Positions 44,085 to 58,100 are shown, numbered from the whole stretch's first letter. The stretch is 62,897 nt of DNA, filler included, from Pelomyxa schiedti (GCA_020536535.1; 7 parts of 7 records of this genome joined end to end with filler, not necessarily neighbours in it), one strand, 5' to 3'. Program-made: numbers and translations. Notes: a model not told the origin generated them from the letters alone.

Positions 44085-46379
44085 TCATGGTTGGAAGGCA
44101 GAGGGGGGAATTCCTCCTGTGGCCTGTTCATTGTAAGTTGTTTGTTTGAGAGTGCAGGTGCACGGGCTTACATATCGCGTCTTGAAGGCTGCAAGGGCTT
44201 CATCGTAGTTCCAATTTGTACTTTCAAGGCATTGCACAGCATAACATTCGAGCAAGCGGGTTTCTCTTATCAGCTTGTTGGCCAATTCCGCGTGGTCCTG
44301 GTGGATACTTTAGTGTGGGTCATGGAGGGTCTGATAAATACATCTCTTTTCTTGGGCACTAGTAATCTACAAAAATCTTCCATGTGAAGTTGGTCATTGA
44401 GAATAACTATAGGCCAGACATCTTGAGCAATACCACTTTTTTTCCCTTTAGGACTTGAATAACCCTATGAGTAGATACCTCCTGTTTGGAGCAAGAAGAA
44501 AAGTTCTGGTGAAACTGTAGCTAGTGTCGTCTTAAGTGGCATCAATCATCAGTGACAAACAGAAAAATTACTCACTCATAGAGACCCGCCCATAACAGTT
44601 AATGCACAAAAGGATGGCACCTGGCATGGACTGAACAACATAGCTATCGAAAGTGCATTCTTGAAGGTGGTGTGTAGATGTAGGCATGGAGCCAATGATC
44701 TGCAGTATTTGTTGCTTTCCGAAGCGTAGAAGAGATGCATCATTTGCAGTATCTTAATCATAACAGTGAGAAAAGTCCACTACTCCTCTCCTTCCAATGT
44801 CGAGGAGGGGCATAATAATCCATCAATACCGTGGGCTCTGAGGAGGTTGCGGTTGCTTGTTCTGAACGCCTCTTGAATTCCTTTACCTCTGAAGAATGTT
44901 AAACAAGTTGTGCTGAGCGAACATACCCCAGCATAGACATTGAAAAGAAAGACTGTTCTGTATAGGCATCCCGCAATTCTGTTCTGTCTTTGTCATACTT
45001 ATCAAAAAACCTGTCACTAATGAGAGGGGTATTGGGTACAAGGAAAAGGACATTGTGAGAAATTGGGCAGCTGTGCGTCTAGTATCCTCAGTGTCGGTGA
45101 AATCTGGAATCTGAGGAGGGAGTTCTGCTGCACCACTGGTGATAAAAGAAGGTAAAACAAACGCGCGGAGCATCTTTACTTCAGCCCCATCTAGAAAACG
45201 GAGTTGGGGGAATTTTCTTTCCACATCCCTTCGTCGTACAGTAAGAATGACTTTCCAGACCAAAAAAAAATACGTACGTTTTGTAATTGGCAAGTCCATA
45301 TATTGGGTTCTGTCTCAAGTCAAGTTCTCGTACGCGAATCCGTTTCAAGTGATCAAGTTGTTGAATTTCAGAAATAGTGTTGTCTGTTATTTCCTTTAGA
45401 GATATTATATGTAATGGATATTGGATACTTGAAAAACTAAAATTTTTAAGATCTTTGAGCCTTGTAACCTCGGCTAGCCCAAAGCCAGTTAACGTGCTGA
45501 TGTTGTTCCCTGAGAATGACAGTGATTCGACCTAGATGCGACGGGTAATTGCGATTGAGGAAGAAAGAATATGCACCTGAGGTGTACTCCTTGCAAGAAT
45601 TCTCCAGAGAGTTGCGTATGTAGCAGTCACATTAAAATCCACTGTAGTTCTACAAGGAAGAAACCATAAGCAAAAGTCAGTTATTTTCTACACAAGAGTT
45701 GTATGACCAAAGAGGGAAGAGTACACGCTAATCTTTGTGCGAAGAGAAGAGAGGTCAAGGAATTTGGCTTCACGATTGTAAGCACGATTGACATATTCTT
45801 GTATTGCAGATTCCTTAAGGAACTGTGAGGAATTGGATGGATTTCATCACAAACCAGAACTCGCCCACTGCTTTGCGCCGTGCCACCCGTTTTTGGAGTA
45901 ACAGCAGTGATTATAAGCTGTTTGTACTGTTAGGTAAAAATCTCTAGCGGTGAGGAGAGAACCTTTTCCGATTTGTACAAGAGTGGAGATAAAGCTTGAA
46001 AGGACATAGCCTCTGCCTGGGTGGAAACTTCGAAGAAGCACCTTGGCCCAAAAACCCGTGGCTAAAATTGATTACACTTAATAGAAGTGACCAACTACAC
46101 GTACCTCAATTATAGCTATTGGTTTATCTAGTTTGCTTTTGATGAAGTCCATAACAGCTCCCACTTTGTAATACGTTTTCCAGTTGGAAACCTAAGCAAG
46201 GTTAGGAGGCGAATACAAACACACTATTTACCATGACAGGGAATACATCCTTTTTCCTTGGAGTGAAACGAGTCAAATTAAGTGTGCCAATAAAGACTAT
46301 GTCAAAACTTACTGTGATTGGTTTGGAGAAGCAGAAACTCTCGCCTTTCCCGAACCTTTTTTGTTTGTTTGTTTGCCAT
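44085..46379 (-). CDS. NXF1: Nuclear mRNA export factor NXF1/TAP/Mex67, multi-exon
   Basis: LRR region (VESLSFSGNNI; RELDLRQNPI; KFPQLRFLDG); NTF2-like region (FTRTF; IVINDQLH); C-terminal TAP-C UBA (YAVQCLESTNWNYDEALAAF..GGIPPSAF). Confidence 0.88.
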
Positions 46380-46912
46380 TAGTTCATCTCCCGACAACCG
46401 CAGTCCGGTCACAACGCGTTTGTCTCTAACGTACCAGGAGTTTTGTAAATGACTGTTTCCTTTAGGTTTTGTCGATGCTTCTTCATCTCGACTGGTCCGG
46501 CAGTGCACCGCTAGGCACTATTTTATTGCAATAAACGGAAAAAACCACAAAATAATATGAATCGGGCAACTGAATCTGCCAACAACAAAGGAGAAAAAAA
46601 AAATTTCATTGTCTTCGAGTGTCGATCTCCCTGCCAACAAGAGATAGGAACAGACGAAAACAAATAAAACCGTTAGGGTATTGGGGAGGTAACTAGTTAG
46701 AGTAACCACTTTTCGACTATCTAACACTCTATTCCCCTTGAAAACAGTTTCTGTTTGTTGGGGAACTACACGTGGGACGGGTACCATAAGGAAAATTGTG
46801 GGAGTGGACTCGGGGAGTAGAAGAGTGGGAAAAACAACCAAATAAATTCTAAACAAAAATTTGAGTGTATACAAAAAACATTGTGGCCTCCACGGCCATT
46901 CCCTTATTAGTT

Positions 46913-48540
46913 TTACCTTCTCCTTAGGAGTTCTGCTGTTCGGGGTGGTTCTACAACAAAGGTGTTGTCTGGTAGAACTTTAAATATGTATTTGCTGAAA
47001 GTTCCTGTTTCTGACACGACTGTTCAGGTATGAGGGCGGGTTAATAATATGTCGAGCATCCATACCAATAATTGTGTTGTGATCAGAACCGAAGCAAGCG
47101 ATACATCTTCTGGCAGCGTCGATTGGGAATTGCCCAAAACTCCACTGCGATCCAAAATAAGGGAGAATGCTCGAAAACATTGACAAACTGCAACAAGTAT
47201 TAAGTTGGAAGGGTTAGTAGGGGAAGTGAACCTGGATTGTCTGTTGGCACTTGCAAGTTAAAATTGAGAAGTTGGGGAAAAGGATAGAAGGAAAAAAAAC
47301 CTGTTTTCAGTACTATTTTTTTTTTCTCCCAGGTTAAAAAGAGGGAAAAAATAAAGAAGGGATTACTTGTCGAGGTTGAAGATATGGCAAGTTCCTTTCG
47401 CAGATGTTACTACCAGCATTGTAGAAGCAAAATTTAGGGAAAAGATGTCTGTTGGGTCAGAACCACGCCGGAATTCCATCAACTGACCCGCTGTACTTGT
47501 ATCCCAAATTCGAACTAGAGTACCCTGTGATAAGTGTTACAAAACGGATCTGCCGGCCAGGAAAAGAACTTTTGCTGAAGCTGTTGCTAGCATACTAGCG
47601 TCAGGGTTTAAGGCTAGACTCTTGATTCTGTTGTCATGGGCATCAATCGTCCATTGAGTTGGTGTATTTGTTACATCAAGTAATATTACTTGCCCCATCT
47701 AGATCACATTAAAAGGAATGTTACACTCTGGTACCTTAAAATACCACAGAGCTGGGAGCTGCTACAATTGCCTTCGCGGGATTAGATGACACGGCAAGGA
47801 TTCCTGGGCAATGTCAAAGGTCAAAGAAAAAGTTATAAACTGACCCTCTCTATTATCAGTTTCGAAGCGGCAAATGAGGTTCAAGTCTCCAAAGTTATAA
47901 ACATATCCTTTATTATCCAGTACTACAATTACTCTGAAAATTGAGAATTCTCCAGGTCACATAAGCTGTGTGAGTAGTGTGAAAAAACCTGTCTTTTCGC
48001 ATCTTTACACCCTTCACAGGGCCGTTGAAATCAAGTTCGACAATTTGTTTGTTTTGATAATCATCCCACATGATCAACTGGCAGCAGTTTAAGTTGTAGG
48101 TACAGAAGTGAACACGGCACCTTGGTTGCCGGGTGGATGGGATTCGGACCGCCGCCAACAAGAGCCAATATGTTACATCTTGTTAGAATTAGCGGTTTAT
48201 TTGTGGTTGTGTTAGAGAGAAGGTGAGAACTTGAATAGCATTTCCACGATTCCTACCCCTCCATTGAAAACTGTAACGAAGTTGGTTGTTTGGAATTTGA
48301 TGCAAATTTATTACTTCTGCTGAACTTTGGCTTGAAAGGGTCGCACGCATACACGTAGAAACTGCGTCAAAATAAGACAAAAAAACAAACAAAGAAGGAA
48401 AACCACAGAGCGTGCTAACTAAAGTTATGGGAGGATAATAACCCCAATGTTGTGCCGACAGAAAAACACGAGAAATCTTGGTTAAACGAAGAGTATAATA
48501 TGACTTCGGGTTTTCCGCTCGCATCAGTGACCGCTGCCAT
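46913..48540 (-). CDS. ATG18: PROPPIN WD40 protein ATG18/WIPI (WIPI3/4-like), multi-exon
   Basis: SFNQDFSCFSVGT; NILALVGGG; IMWDD; IDAHD; ATASAKGTLVRIWDT; phosphoinositide-binding EFRRG; LPYFGSQWSF. Confidence 0.92.
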
Positions 48541-48821
48541 TCCCGCAAACCCCCTTTCTCCTTCACACGGGCTATTTTTTCGTTTGCACTTGTTTGTTTT
48601 TTCTCTCCTTTTCGGATCTCGTTACATTGATTGGGAGAAGCGCGATCTCAGAGAATGGCTTCCCTCTTCTCAGCGCCAGCTGTCACTGCACAAGAACTAG
48701 TTTCCAGAGAGTTCTTGTGACTATATCGGTCCCCAACCAGGCATCACCCCTGAGTGACAGTTTCCCCCCCAACCTTGAGATCTAGAAGAAACGAATCACA
48801 TTTTTTTTTTCAAAAACAAAG

Positions 48822-51360
48822 ATGAATGTGATACAGGCCATACAGGAGTACATTACGCGTATAGTGTCGTCGATACCCGGCATGAAGGTGCTGGTGTTGG
48901 ACACAGAGACTGTGGGTTCTTTCTTCTTTTTCCCACGCAAATCTTATGCCATTTTCGCCGTCGAATGACGTTGGGGTGATTTTGGCAACACGACTTAATT
49001 ATTTCTATAAGACGGGCATTGTGAGTATGGTGTACAGTCAGAGTGCCATCCTCCAAAAGGAGGTTTATTTGTTTGAGAAACTGGAAACCCGCAACAGAGA
49101 GACCATGGCACATCTCAAAGCTGTTTGTTTGCTGCGGGGCACTCCGGAAAACGCTCGCCTTTTGCAAGATGAACTGAGGGATCCAAAGTATATGGAATAC
49201 CACCTATGTGAGTAGGCCTGTGACCTTACAACTTTCTAATCAATTTTCCATACTATAGTCTTCACCAACATTGTCAAGTCGTCTTTCCTGGAAGACATTG
49301 CCCAAGCTGACGAACATGAAAAGGTTCAACAGGTGCAGGAGTATTATGCCGACTACTACGCTGTAAACTCGGATCTATTCACTTTCAATGTACCTGCAAT
49401 GTTGTCCACAACTGATCGTGATTTTCTTGTGTGAGCTTTTCCCTTCCGTGTTTTTGTTTTACTCCTCTCAACTACTACAATAGGCAAGGTGAACGTGTTG
49501 CCGACGGTATATGTGCATTAGCACTCTCTTTACGAAAGCGACCATTTATGTGCGGCCCAACAAAAAAAAAAAAATTTAACGGGTTGGGGAAATTGTAACT
49601 TACAAATTTCAATCACTTACCCCATGCTGAATATAGACGATTTCAAAGAACCTCGGAATTATGTCAAAGAGTCGCCCAAGAAGTGACGGTATGCCACTGT
49701 TATGTGCCTTCTCTCAATAACTTCTTCTAGAGAAAAATAACTACTGAAAGTGAACTTTTTGATTTTCGACGTGCTGAAGTTCCTCCAATTGTTCTTGTGA
49801 TAGATAGGAGAGAGGATCCCGTGACTCCATTACTATTGCAGGTACTTGTGTTGCGCACCACTTAGTTTCTAATGGACACCAGTGGACCTACCAAGCAATG
49901 GTCAATGAAATTATTGGAATCCACAATAATAGAGTCGATATGGCACATGTGCCAGGGATTCGTGACGATTTAAGGGTGTGTAGGAACGAAACAGGAAACT
50001 TATTAAATTTTTTATACAGGAAATTGTGTTATCACCTGACCAAGACCAATTTTACCGGGACAGCATGTTCTTAAATTTTGGTGACCTTGGTGCTGCTGTT
50101 AAAGAGTTGGTGGAAACATACCGTGATAAGTCAAAGGGAAATCAGAATATTCAGTCTCTTGGTATATTATCATCGAATTCCCAAAAAGTAAATCAATTGC
50201 CTAATTTAAGTATAGAGGATATAAAAAGATTTGTGGAAAACTACCCGGAATTTCGAAAAATGAGTGGCAATGTGAGTAAACATGTGGCAGTTATGTCTGA
50301 ACTTAGTCGACAAATTGAACTGCGTCAACTACTCCGAGTTAGTGAGCTCCAACAGGAATTGGCGTGCAATCATGACCCGGCTACCGCCTTCCCCGTGTGT
50401 CGTCTTCCACCCACTGGTCTGGTCTGTTTTTCTGATTCACTTCCATCAGAAAATCATTGCACACATACAAGATCGTGCATTAGCAAAAGAAGACATATTA
50501 AAATGTGTGATGTTGTACGCCCTCAGGTAGAAAATTATTGTACATTGCAGAAATATTTACTAATTTAAAAAGATACGAGGAGGGAGGAAGGCTCTCTGAG
50601 GTTTTCCGAGAGATGGAAGTTGCAGGATTTGGCCAGAGCGATATTGATGTATCTTTCTGAATACCTGGGTTTTTTGTAACTTGGACAGATGGTAAATATG
50701 CTTCTGCGCTATGCTGGGGCCAGAATGAGATCTTTTGATTTATTTAGTATAAAAAATATCTGGGAGCGCACTAGGACAGCAGTGAAACGATCTCTGAAGG
50801 TACTGGTTTCTTTTTCAACTTGTCTCCAATGTACAAATAGGGTGTAGACAATATTTACACACAGCACACTCCTTTCCTGTTTGGGCTCATTGACAACATG
50901 CTCAATGGCAGATTGAGGGACCAGGATTACCCATTTGCCTTTGGAAATGCATTTAAAGAGAGGTACCTCGAGCAATGCAACCAGTGCATTTGTAACTCCT
51001 GCCCAAAAGACCAACAGACCTTATCATAGTAATCTTGGGTGGAGTAACCTGTGAGGAAGCTTACAGTGTTGCCGAGATAAATAAAACCAATCCCGGAACT
51101 AGAATTATACTGGGTGGCTCAAGTATAATAAACTCCAACACGTATGCACTTATATCCCAATTCGACCTTGACTGTTTTCCCTCTCCAACCAACTTACACA
51201 AAATAGATTCCTCAAGAACATTGCTGCTGCCAATGGTGTTGTAGCACCCCTCGCTTCCTCTGGGGGAGTAAGCATCACAACATCCACCAGTGCATCACCC
51301 ACAACAACTACAACCACAACCTCCACATCATCCTCCACCTCCGCTTCATCTGGCCACTAA
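48822..51360 (+). CDS. VPS45: Vacuolar protein sorting 45 (Sec1/Munc18 family), multi-exon
   Basis: [11 protein letters not shown]; [15 protein letters not shown]; HLKAVCLLR; [11 protein letters not shown]; WTYQAMV; [19 protein letters not shown]; GGVTCEEA. Confidence 0.95.
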
Positions 51361-51482
51361 AACCCAACACTCTCAACTACAAAACAACATACATACTTGT
51401 ACCAACGCAACCCACAAAAACAAAAAACTAAAAAAAAAAGTCATCTTCTTGTCTTGGTGGTGGCCTTTTCTTGACTGACGAA

Positions 51483-52134
51483 ATGATGTCAACGTCGCGG
51501 CTGCAACAGGTAGACACTGGGCTGTACATAGGGAGCCAAAGCGCGGCGTGTGACTTTGCTACGCTGGAGGCGATGGGCATAACGCACGTGTTGTCAGTGA
51601 TGGCAGGCGCACACACCATGTTTGCGTGCGTGGGCCAGGGAGGAGGCTACACTTTCGTGAGGAAGGCAATACAGGTGCAGGACTTGCCAACTGAAAACCT
51701 GCTGGACAGATTCCCTGAGTGCAATGCGGTAAGGCTCTTTCTTTTTGACTGGAACAAAATTTACCGTACTAAGGTCAGTTTATAGAGGATGCTCTATTCC
51801 GGGGGGCTGTCCTTGTTCACTGGTTCCTTTCCCCTCATTTCTCAGTTTTATGTAGTCTACAAGATTTCATAGTTCGAAATTGCAATTCATGTTTGTAACC
51901 CTACCCTTGTACAAAAAGCTCTGAAGGAGTGAGCCGTTCGGCTACTGTTGTGATGGCCTACTTGATGTGGAAACATCACATTAGCTATGAGATGGCATTA
52001 CAAAGATTGCGCTCTATAAGACCAATGGTATTGGCATGAGAAATCTCTTTGTACCCACAAACAAACAGGTCTACCCGAACGGCGGCTTTGTCACCCAACT
52101 GAAGAAATATGAAAAAATGTTATCTTCCTTCTGA
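51483..52134 (+). CDS. Small atypical dual-specificity protein phosphatase, multi-exon
   Basis: GLYIGS; GITHVLSV; VQDLPTENL; spliced active site VLVHCSEGVSRSATVVMAYLM; PNGGFVTQL. Confidence 0.9.
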
Positions 52135-52315
52135 AAAAGATGAAAACAACTGAATAATGTGAAGGCTACCCCTTTTTTTTATTTAAACAAAAATGGCTGA
52201 TATTGGCCAGGTTATGTGTGCTTAAACTATGAAACCATCATTTAGTTGGTTTCAGAGCAGGCACACAATACAAAGCCACCCTCACACCACTTGAGGTGCT
52301 AGAGGCGAGATATAA

Positions 52316-53292
52316 TCACCGACCCCCAGCTGGATCCTCCTCCGCCCTTGCGGGTTCTGCGGCTGCTCTGTCCTCTGACTCTCCGTTTTGAATGTCTGAT
52401 GTCCACAGAGTCAAATTGTCTCTTAGGAGTTGCATAATAAGTGTGCTGTCTTTGTATGAATCCTCGCTAGGGAAAGGTTAAATAGATTGTTGAGGAGGGA
52501 AAGAGGGCTTACTTGATTGTATCCAACTCGGCAATTGCATCGTCGAAGGCTTTCTTTGCCAGTTGGCAGGCTCGCTCTGGTGAGCTGAGGATTTCAAAGT
52601 AGAAAACACTGAAGTTGAGTGCAAGGCCAAGGCGGATTGGGTGTGTGGGAGGTAAATCTTGTGCAGCAATGTCACTTGCGGAGCGATATGCTACAAGAGA
52701 ATCATCAGCAGATTCTTTTCGAGCCGGCCCAAGAGCAAACTCGGCAAGATATCGGTGATAATCTCCTTTCCTGTGTTACATCAATACAGAAGGGTTTAGC
52801 AAGGAGTGCGCTTACATTTTATAGTAGAACACTTTGCTTTCGGGAGAGGCAGCAGATGGAATTAAATGTGTATCCAAAACTGTCAGAATATCTTTGCAAA
52901 TTCTGGTGAGTTCAGCCTCCACCTTTGCGCGGTACTCCTTCACGCTGTTTGTGTGTGCTTCATTGTTGGGTTTGCTGGATTCTTTCTGCTCAATTGAGGA
53001 AATTACGCGCCACGAGGCTCGGCGAGCACCAACAACGTTCTTGTAGGCAACGGACAACAAATTCCGTTCCTCAACTGCACACGTCGTTAGTGAAAATGCC
53101 AATTTTTTGCTGCATTTTTTTTTACCAGTCAATTCAGTGTCCATGCTTGCGACTTTCTTCATGGCCTCAACCATTTCTGATCCACCGTAAGATCCAAGCG
53201 AACATACACAAAAAAAATAACAACGCACCATCGTATCGCTCAGCCTGTTCAGCGAGCTTGGCCATGTACACAGACTCGTCACGCTCTTCCAT
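52316..53292 (-). CDS. 14-3-3 protein, multi-exon
   Basis: [14 protein letters not shown]; [31 protein letters not shown]; [11 protein letters not shown]; [17 protein letters not shown]; [19 protein letters not shown]. Confidence 0.98.
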
Positions 53293-53554
53293 TGTGTATA
53301 TCGATCTTACGTTGGTTTGTGCGGGGTGCTTTTATTAAAAAAAAAAATGGTTCGCCAAACGAGAAAAATTAGTATGAATTCAATAAAGCCAACTGTAAAG
53401 CCGAAAGAAAACTGGGCGAAAAAAAAAGTGCACTAAAATTACCGTGAAGGTTCTAAGCCTTCTTAAACACAAAGAAAAAACGAGTTTCCCAAAGAATTAT
53501 TTTGCTGTGTGTGGTTGAATGAACAATCCTTCTTTCACTGTTGGTGTGTTGCAA

Positions 53555-54789
53555 TTACTCCATGTCTTCAACCTGTGGTAACTCACCAGATTCCTTTCCA
53601 ACTGCCTCAGATACAATGAGCTTGACATCCTTTGCAAGTACACGTGTTGTGCCCCTTGGGAACCTGTAGCCTTCTGGGTTCCTGTAAGTGCGGCTGGTTG
53701 GCCTATCCATGTTGCGCCTCATTTCACTTCCGGTCTTGGTAACAATGCGAACGTCAACAAAGCCTCCAGAACCCATATCATTGAGTATACCAGCGCAGAC
53801 TGCATCGTGAGCAACTTTTACACCCTCCTCCACAGTCATATTCTCACGCCATTGGGTCTCGAGAACACCTGTAGCAGCGAGGGAGCCTGAGCCCAGGGTC
53901 ATATAAGGAAGCTGTGGAGTTGAATTAAGAGTATGCATTAAAGGGAAGTTAAAGATTATACCTGTGAAGATGAACCATGAGCATAAATCATATGTAACTG
54001 AGGTCCATGAACGTCCACACCACCAAGAATTAGGTGAGCGCCAATATAACCTTGATAGGGAAATAGATGCTGGCGGAGCTGACGAAGAGCTGCATCCACA
54101 CGAGATTGCCTACCAGTATCTAAAGCAAAAGTGGTGAGTAAAATAAAAAGGAAGAAGAGCAAAAGGGGGAAAACCATCATCCTTTTTATAAACTTTCATA
54201 CATACCGTTTTCCAATTTTTTACTATTAACTTATGATCGAAAAAACAAAAAAAACAAAAACAAAAAAAAAAAGAAAGAAAGGGCGGGAGACAGTACTGAG
54301 ACGAAGAAGAGACAACTTTGAGCTGATCAAGTCAGTGCACGCGCCGGTGTCGGCGGAGGTACCGGCGCCCGCGCAGTAAATGTTGGGGGCGATGTAGTGG
54401 ATCTTCTGGCAGTTCTTGTCCGCCACCAGCGGGCCCTCCGTCGCCCTCGTGTCCGCCGCCAGCACCACGGCGTCCCTCGTGCACAGCCCCACGATCGTCG
54501 TACCCGTCTTGTGCACGCGCGTCGCGACGCCGCGGGCGACGGGGTTCCCGCCAGAGGATGGGGAGGGCGTGACGCCGCTGGAGGAGGAGGTGGTCGTGGT
54601 GGTCGTGGTAGTGCCGAGGAGCATGCGGTTGCGATTGACGAGATCGTAGCACATGCCGCGGCGGCCGTTGGTCTGGAGATCGATGGCCTCTTGGTCCGGG
54701 CGCGTAGGGGCGGTGGAGGACACGGGCCTGATGGCAAAAGTGGACAGTGTCGACATCTCGTCTGCGGTTGTCGTCTCTCTGCTCATCAT
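53555..54789 (-). CDS. PSMB7: 20S proteasome subunit beta type-7 (beta2/Pup1), multi-exon
   Basis: KTG|TTIVG autocleavage site; AADTRATEG; [10 protein letters not shown]; [15 protein letters not shown]; TLGSGSLAA; [10 protein letters not shown]. Confidence 0.96.
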
Positions 54790-55197
54790 CTTGTTCTTTG
54801 TTTTTTTTTCTTTTTAGTTTTTTCTGCTTTTCCTGAAAGACTGTGTTGCCCATGGCAATTAATTGCTGGAAGGAGCTGTTCGCTCCACAACTTCTTTTGC
54901 AGATCATGTGGAAGTACTTAGGGTAGGTTCTGTCTCAGTCCCGAGAAAAGCCTCATCATTCTGCTTTCGAGTTTGGACTTGAATTATTTTTTTTCTGCTT
55001 GAGGTTCATCAGCTGAGCTCGGCCGGGCCTCGTTTTTCTTGGTTTCGTTTGCCTTCGTGTCCCATTACCGTCCACTTCCTCGCCACCTCCACATCCAATC
55101 ACCGACATTTAAAAAAAACCCAACACATCCCATCACCCACCCCTAGACAACAACAACAACAACAACAGTAACTACCAACACAGCAACAACCACCACA

Positions 55198-58100
55198 ATG
55201 GGAATTCCCGCATTCTTCCGATGGCTCTCCCAGAAGTTCCCCAAGATCACAGTAGCCGCCACGGCCGGGGAGCCCGAGCGCGGCAGCAGCGCGCACCACA
55301 CCCACACCACCGACGGCGGCATCACCTTCAACAGCGACGGCGTCGTGGTCGGCGGCGGCCCGGCGCCCATCAACACCGCCGAGGCCAACCCCAACGGCGT
55401 CGAGTTCGACAACCTGTACCTCGACATGAACGGCATCGTGCACCCGTGCTGCCACCCCGAGGGCGCGCCGGCGCCGGCGACCGAGGAGGAGATGCTCGCC
55501 GCCGTGTTCGAGTACGTCGACTACCTGTTCGCCATCGTGAGGCCGCGGAGGCTCCTGTACATGGCCGTCGACGGCGTTGCCCCGAGGGCAAAGATCAACC
55601 AGCAGAGGTCCAGGAGGTTTAGGTCTGCTCAGGAAGCTGCTGAGAAGTTGTCAAAGGCTGAGGCTCTGAGGTTTTTTTCTTTTTCTTTTTCTTCTTCTTT
55701 TGCGAAATTGAATGGATATAGAGACTTTTTTTTCGTTCTCTTTTTTTTTTTCCCCCCCTCTACGTATACTGTTGTTATTATATTTAGTTTTCATATTGGT
55801 AGTTGATTTAGTTTTCTTTTTTTTCTTTTTAACACATTCTCCAACGGAGACTGACTTTGTTTTAGGAACAAGTTGATTTCACAAGGAAGGGAAGCATTTG
55901 AAGAGCCAGTAAAATCCTGGGACAGCAATGTTATCACCCCAGGAACTCCTTTCATGGCAAAATTATCACGATCTCTTCGCTACTACATTACACAGCACCT
56001 CAACAATGACCCTGGCTGGAGAGGCATAAAGGTAGTTCTCAGTGATTCCAGTGTCCCTGGTGAAGGCGAGCATAAGATCATGGAATACATCAGGAAACAA
56101 AGAAACAAGCCTGGGTATCCTCCAAACATGAGGCATTGCCTCTATGGATTAGATGCCGACTTGATCATGCTTAGTCTTGCAACCCATGAGGCTCATTTCA
56201 GCCTAGTCAGAGAAGTTGTATTCAACTCTGTTTCCGATTCTAAGTGCTTTGTTTGTGGGCAGCCTGGTCATATTGCAGCACAGTGCCCAGGGAAGGATGC
56301 AAGCTCAGCAGGATCCTGTATCCAAAAGAAACCGTTTCAGTTTTTACACTGCAATGTACTTCGTGAATACCTGGAAAATACTTTGGGTGACGTACAGACA
56401 AGATTTGAGGTTAATATTGAGCGCTTAATTGATGACTGGGTGTTTGTTTGCTTCATGGTGGGAAACGATTTTCTTCCTCACTTACCAACACTGGATATTC
56501 GTGAGGGTGCAATTGAGACACTCACAAATTTGTATAAAACCGTTCTGACCAAGTTGGATGGGTACCTCACTGATAGTGGCACAGTTATAATACCAAATGC
56601 CATGATCTTCATTGAAGAAATTGCCAAACTTGAAGATGGCATTCTGGTTAAGCGGCGTGAAAATGAGAGGCGGCAACAGGCTCGGTACAATAACAACTAT
56701 CGGAATTCTCCACAATCTCCTAGGTCACCGCCACCACTCCTGCCTTTCCAGCAGCCCACTGATAACAGTCAATATTCTACTGCTGTTAGTTCATCTCCTG
56801 AACAACCCCTTGCAGGGAACGTGCAACCCATGAATTTGCAAACTCAAAGAGGAATGCAAGATTTGGACTCCTTAAATTTTGGAGCAGCTAGATCAATCAA
56901 AGGCAGCCTCTTCAGCAGTTCCTCTCCCTTCCCTATTAGATCCCCTCGCACCCCAAGAGATGGGAACTCATTTGACCAGCCACAAGACGAGATCAGGCTT
57001 GGTGACTTTGGTTGGCGTGAACGTTACTACAAGGTCAAATTCAACAAGAACATGGATGACACAGAGTTTTTTACGCAATTATGTGGTTCTTACATGACTG
57101 GTCTATGTTGGGTTCTGAAGTATTATTATCAGGGGTGCTGCTCTTGGAAGGTACTGTCTTCGTTTTCCTTATCCCTGTTGACGGACTTGGTTTTAGTGGT
57201 TCTATCCGTATCATTACAGCCCATTTGCTGGTGAAATTGCGAAGTTTGTGGATCGCAACACGTTTTCCCCTGTTTTTGAGCTTGGAGAACCGTTCCGACC
57301 CTTTGAGCAGCTAATGGGAGTTCTTCCAGCTGCTAGTGCCCACTGTCTACCTGCATGCTATGCTAGTCTTATGTCAGACCCCAAGTCACCTATCATTGAC
57401 TTCTATCCTCTGGATTTTGCTGTGGACTCCGACGGAAAGAAAGCGGCATGGCTAGGTGTGGTCCTATTACCATTCATAGATGAAGAGCGGCTTGTTCAAA
57501 CACTCGGAATGTTTGAGAATCAATTATCTGAAGAGGAAAGATACCGAAATCGTCGCTACGGGAACGACGTCTTGTATAGCCATAAGTCTCACCCGGTTGC
57601 AGAAACTGCTATTCAGATGTATAATGCTGTGCGAAGCAGCACCTCTTCTGAGCAAGCGGATATTTTTGCTACCCTAGAGTTCCGACTACACCAAATTACT
57701 GGTATCATCAGACCGTATTATGACCCTCTCTTGAATGGCATGCCCCAATTACCTGGTGTAACATACCCGAGATTTGCTCAATTTGGCAACATTGAAGAAA
57801 GTGTTGCTGTTTCATCTCTTTTCATCAACCCCACTTACGAGAAGGGAAAGATCTTCATTTCTGGCATACCTGAGGGATGCCAATTACCTCCAAGGGAATT
57901 GAGAGATGTTGATTTTCTACCTCCCGATACCCGAGGGGGTCCTCGCTCATACTTCCGTGGTCAAAACAGGTACCCATACAGCCTTTTTCTATGCTTGTCC
58001 ACTCAATCATTTTAGTCCTGCAGTGAGAATGCTGAATCAAGCTGTACTTTCCAGGCAGAGCAAAGACTATCGTCCTCCACTCTTTCCTGCCACAACTAAT

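Noticed and set aside
47903-47911. ATATCCTTT resembling a U12 (AT-AC) 5' splice site
   Set aside because: It lies antisense within an ATG18 coding exon (LDNKGYVY), so the match is coincidental.
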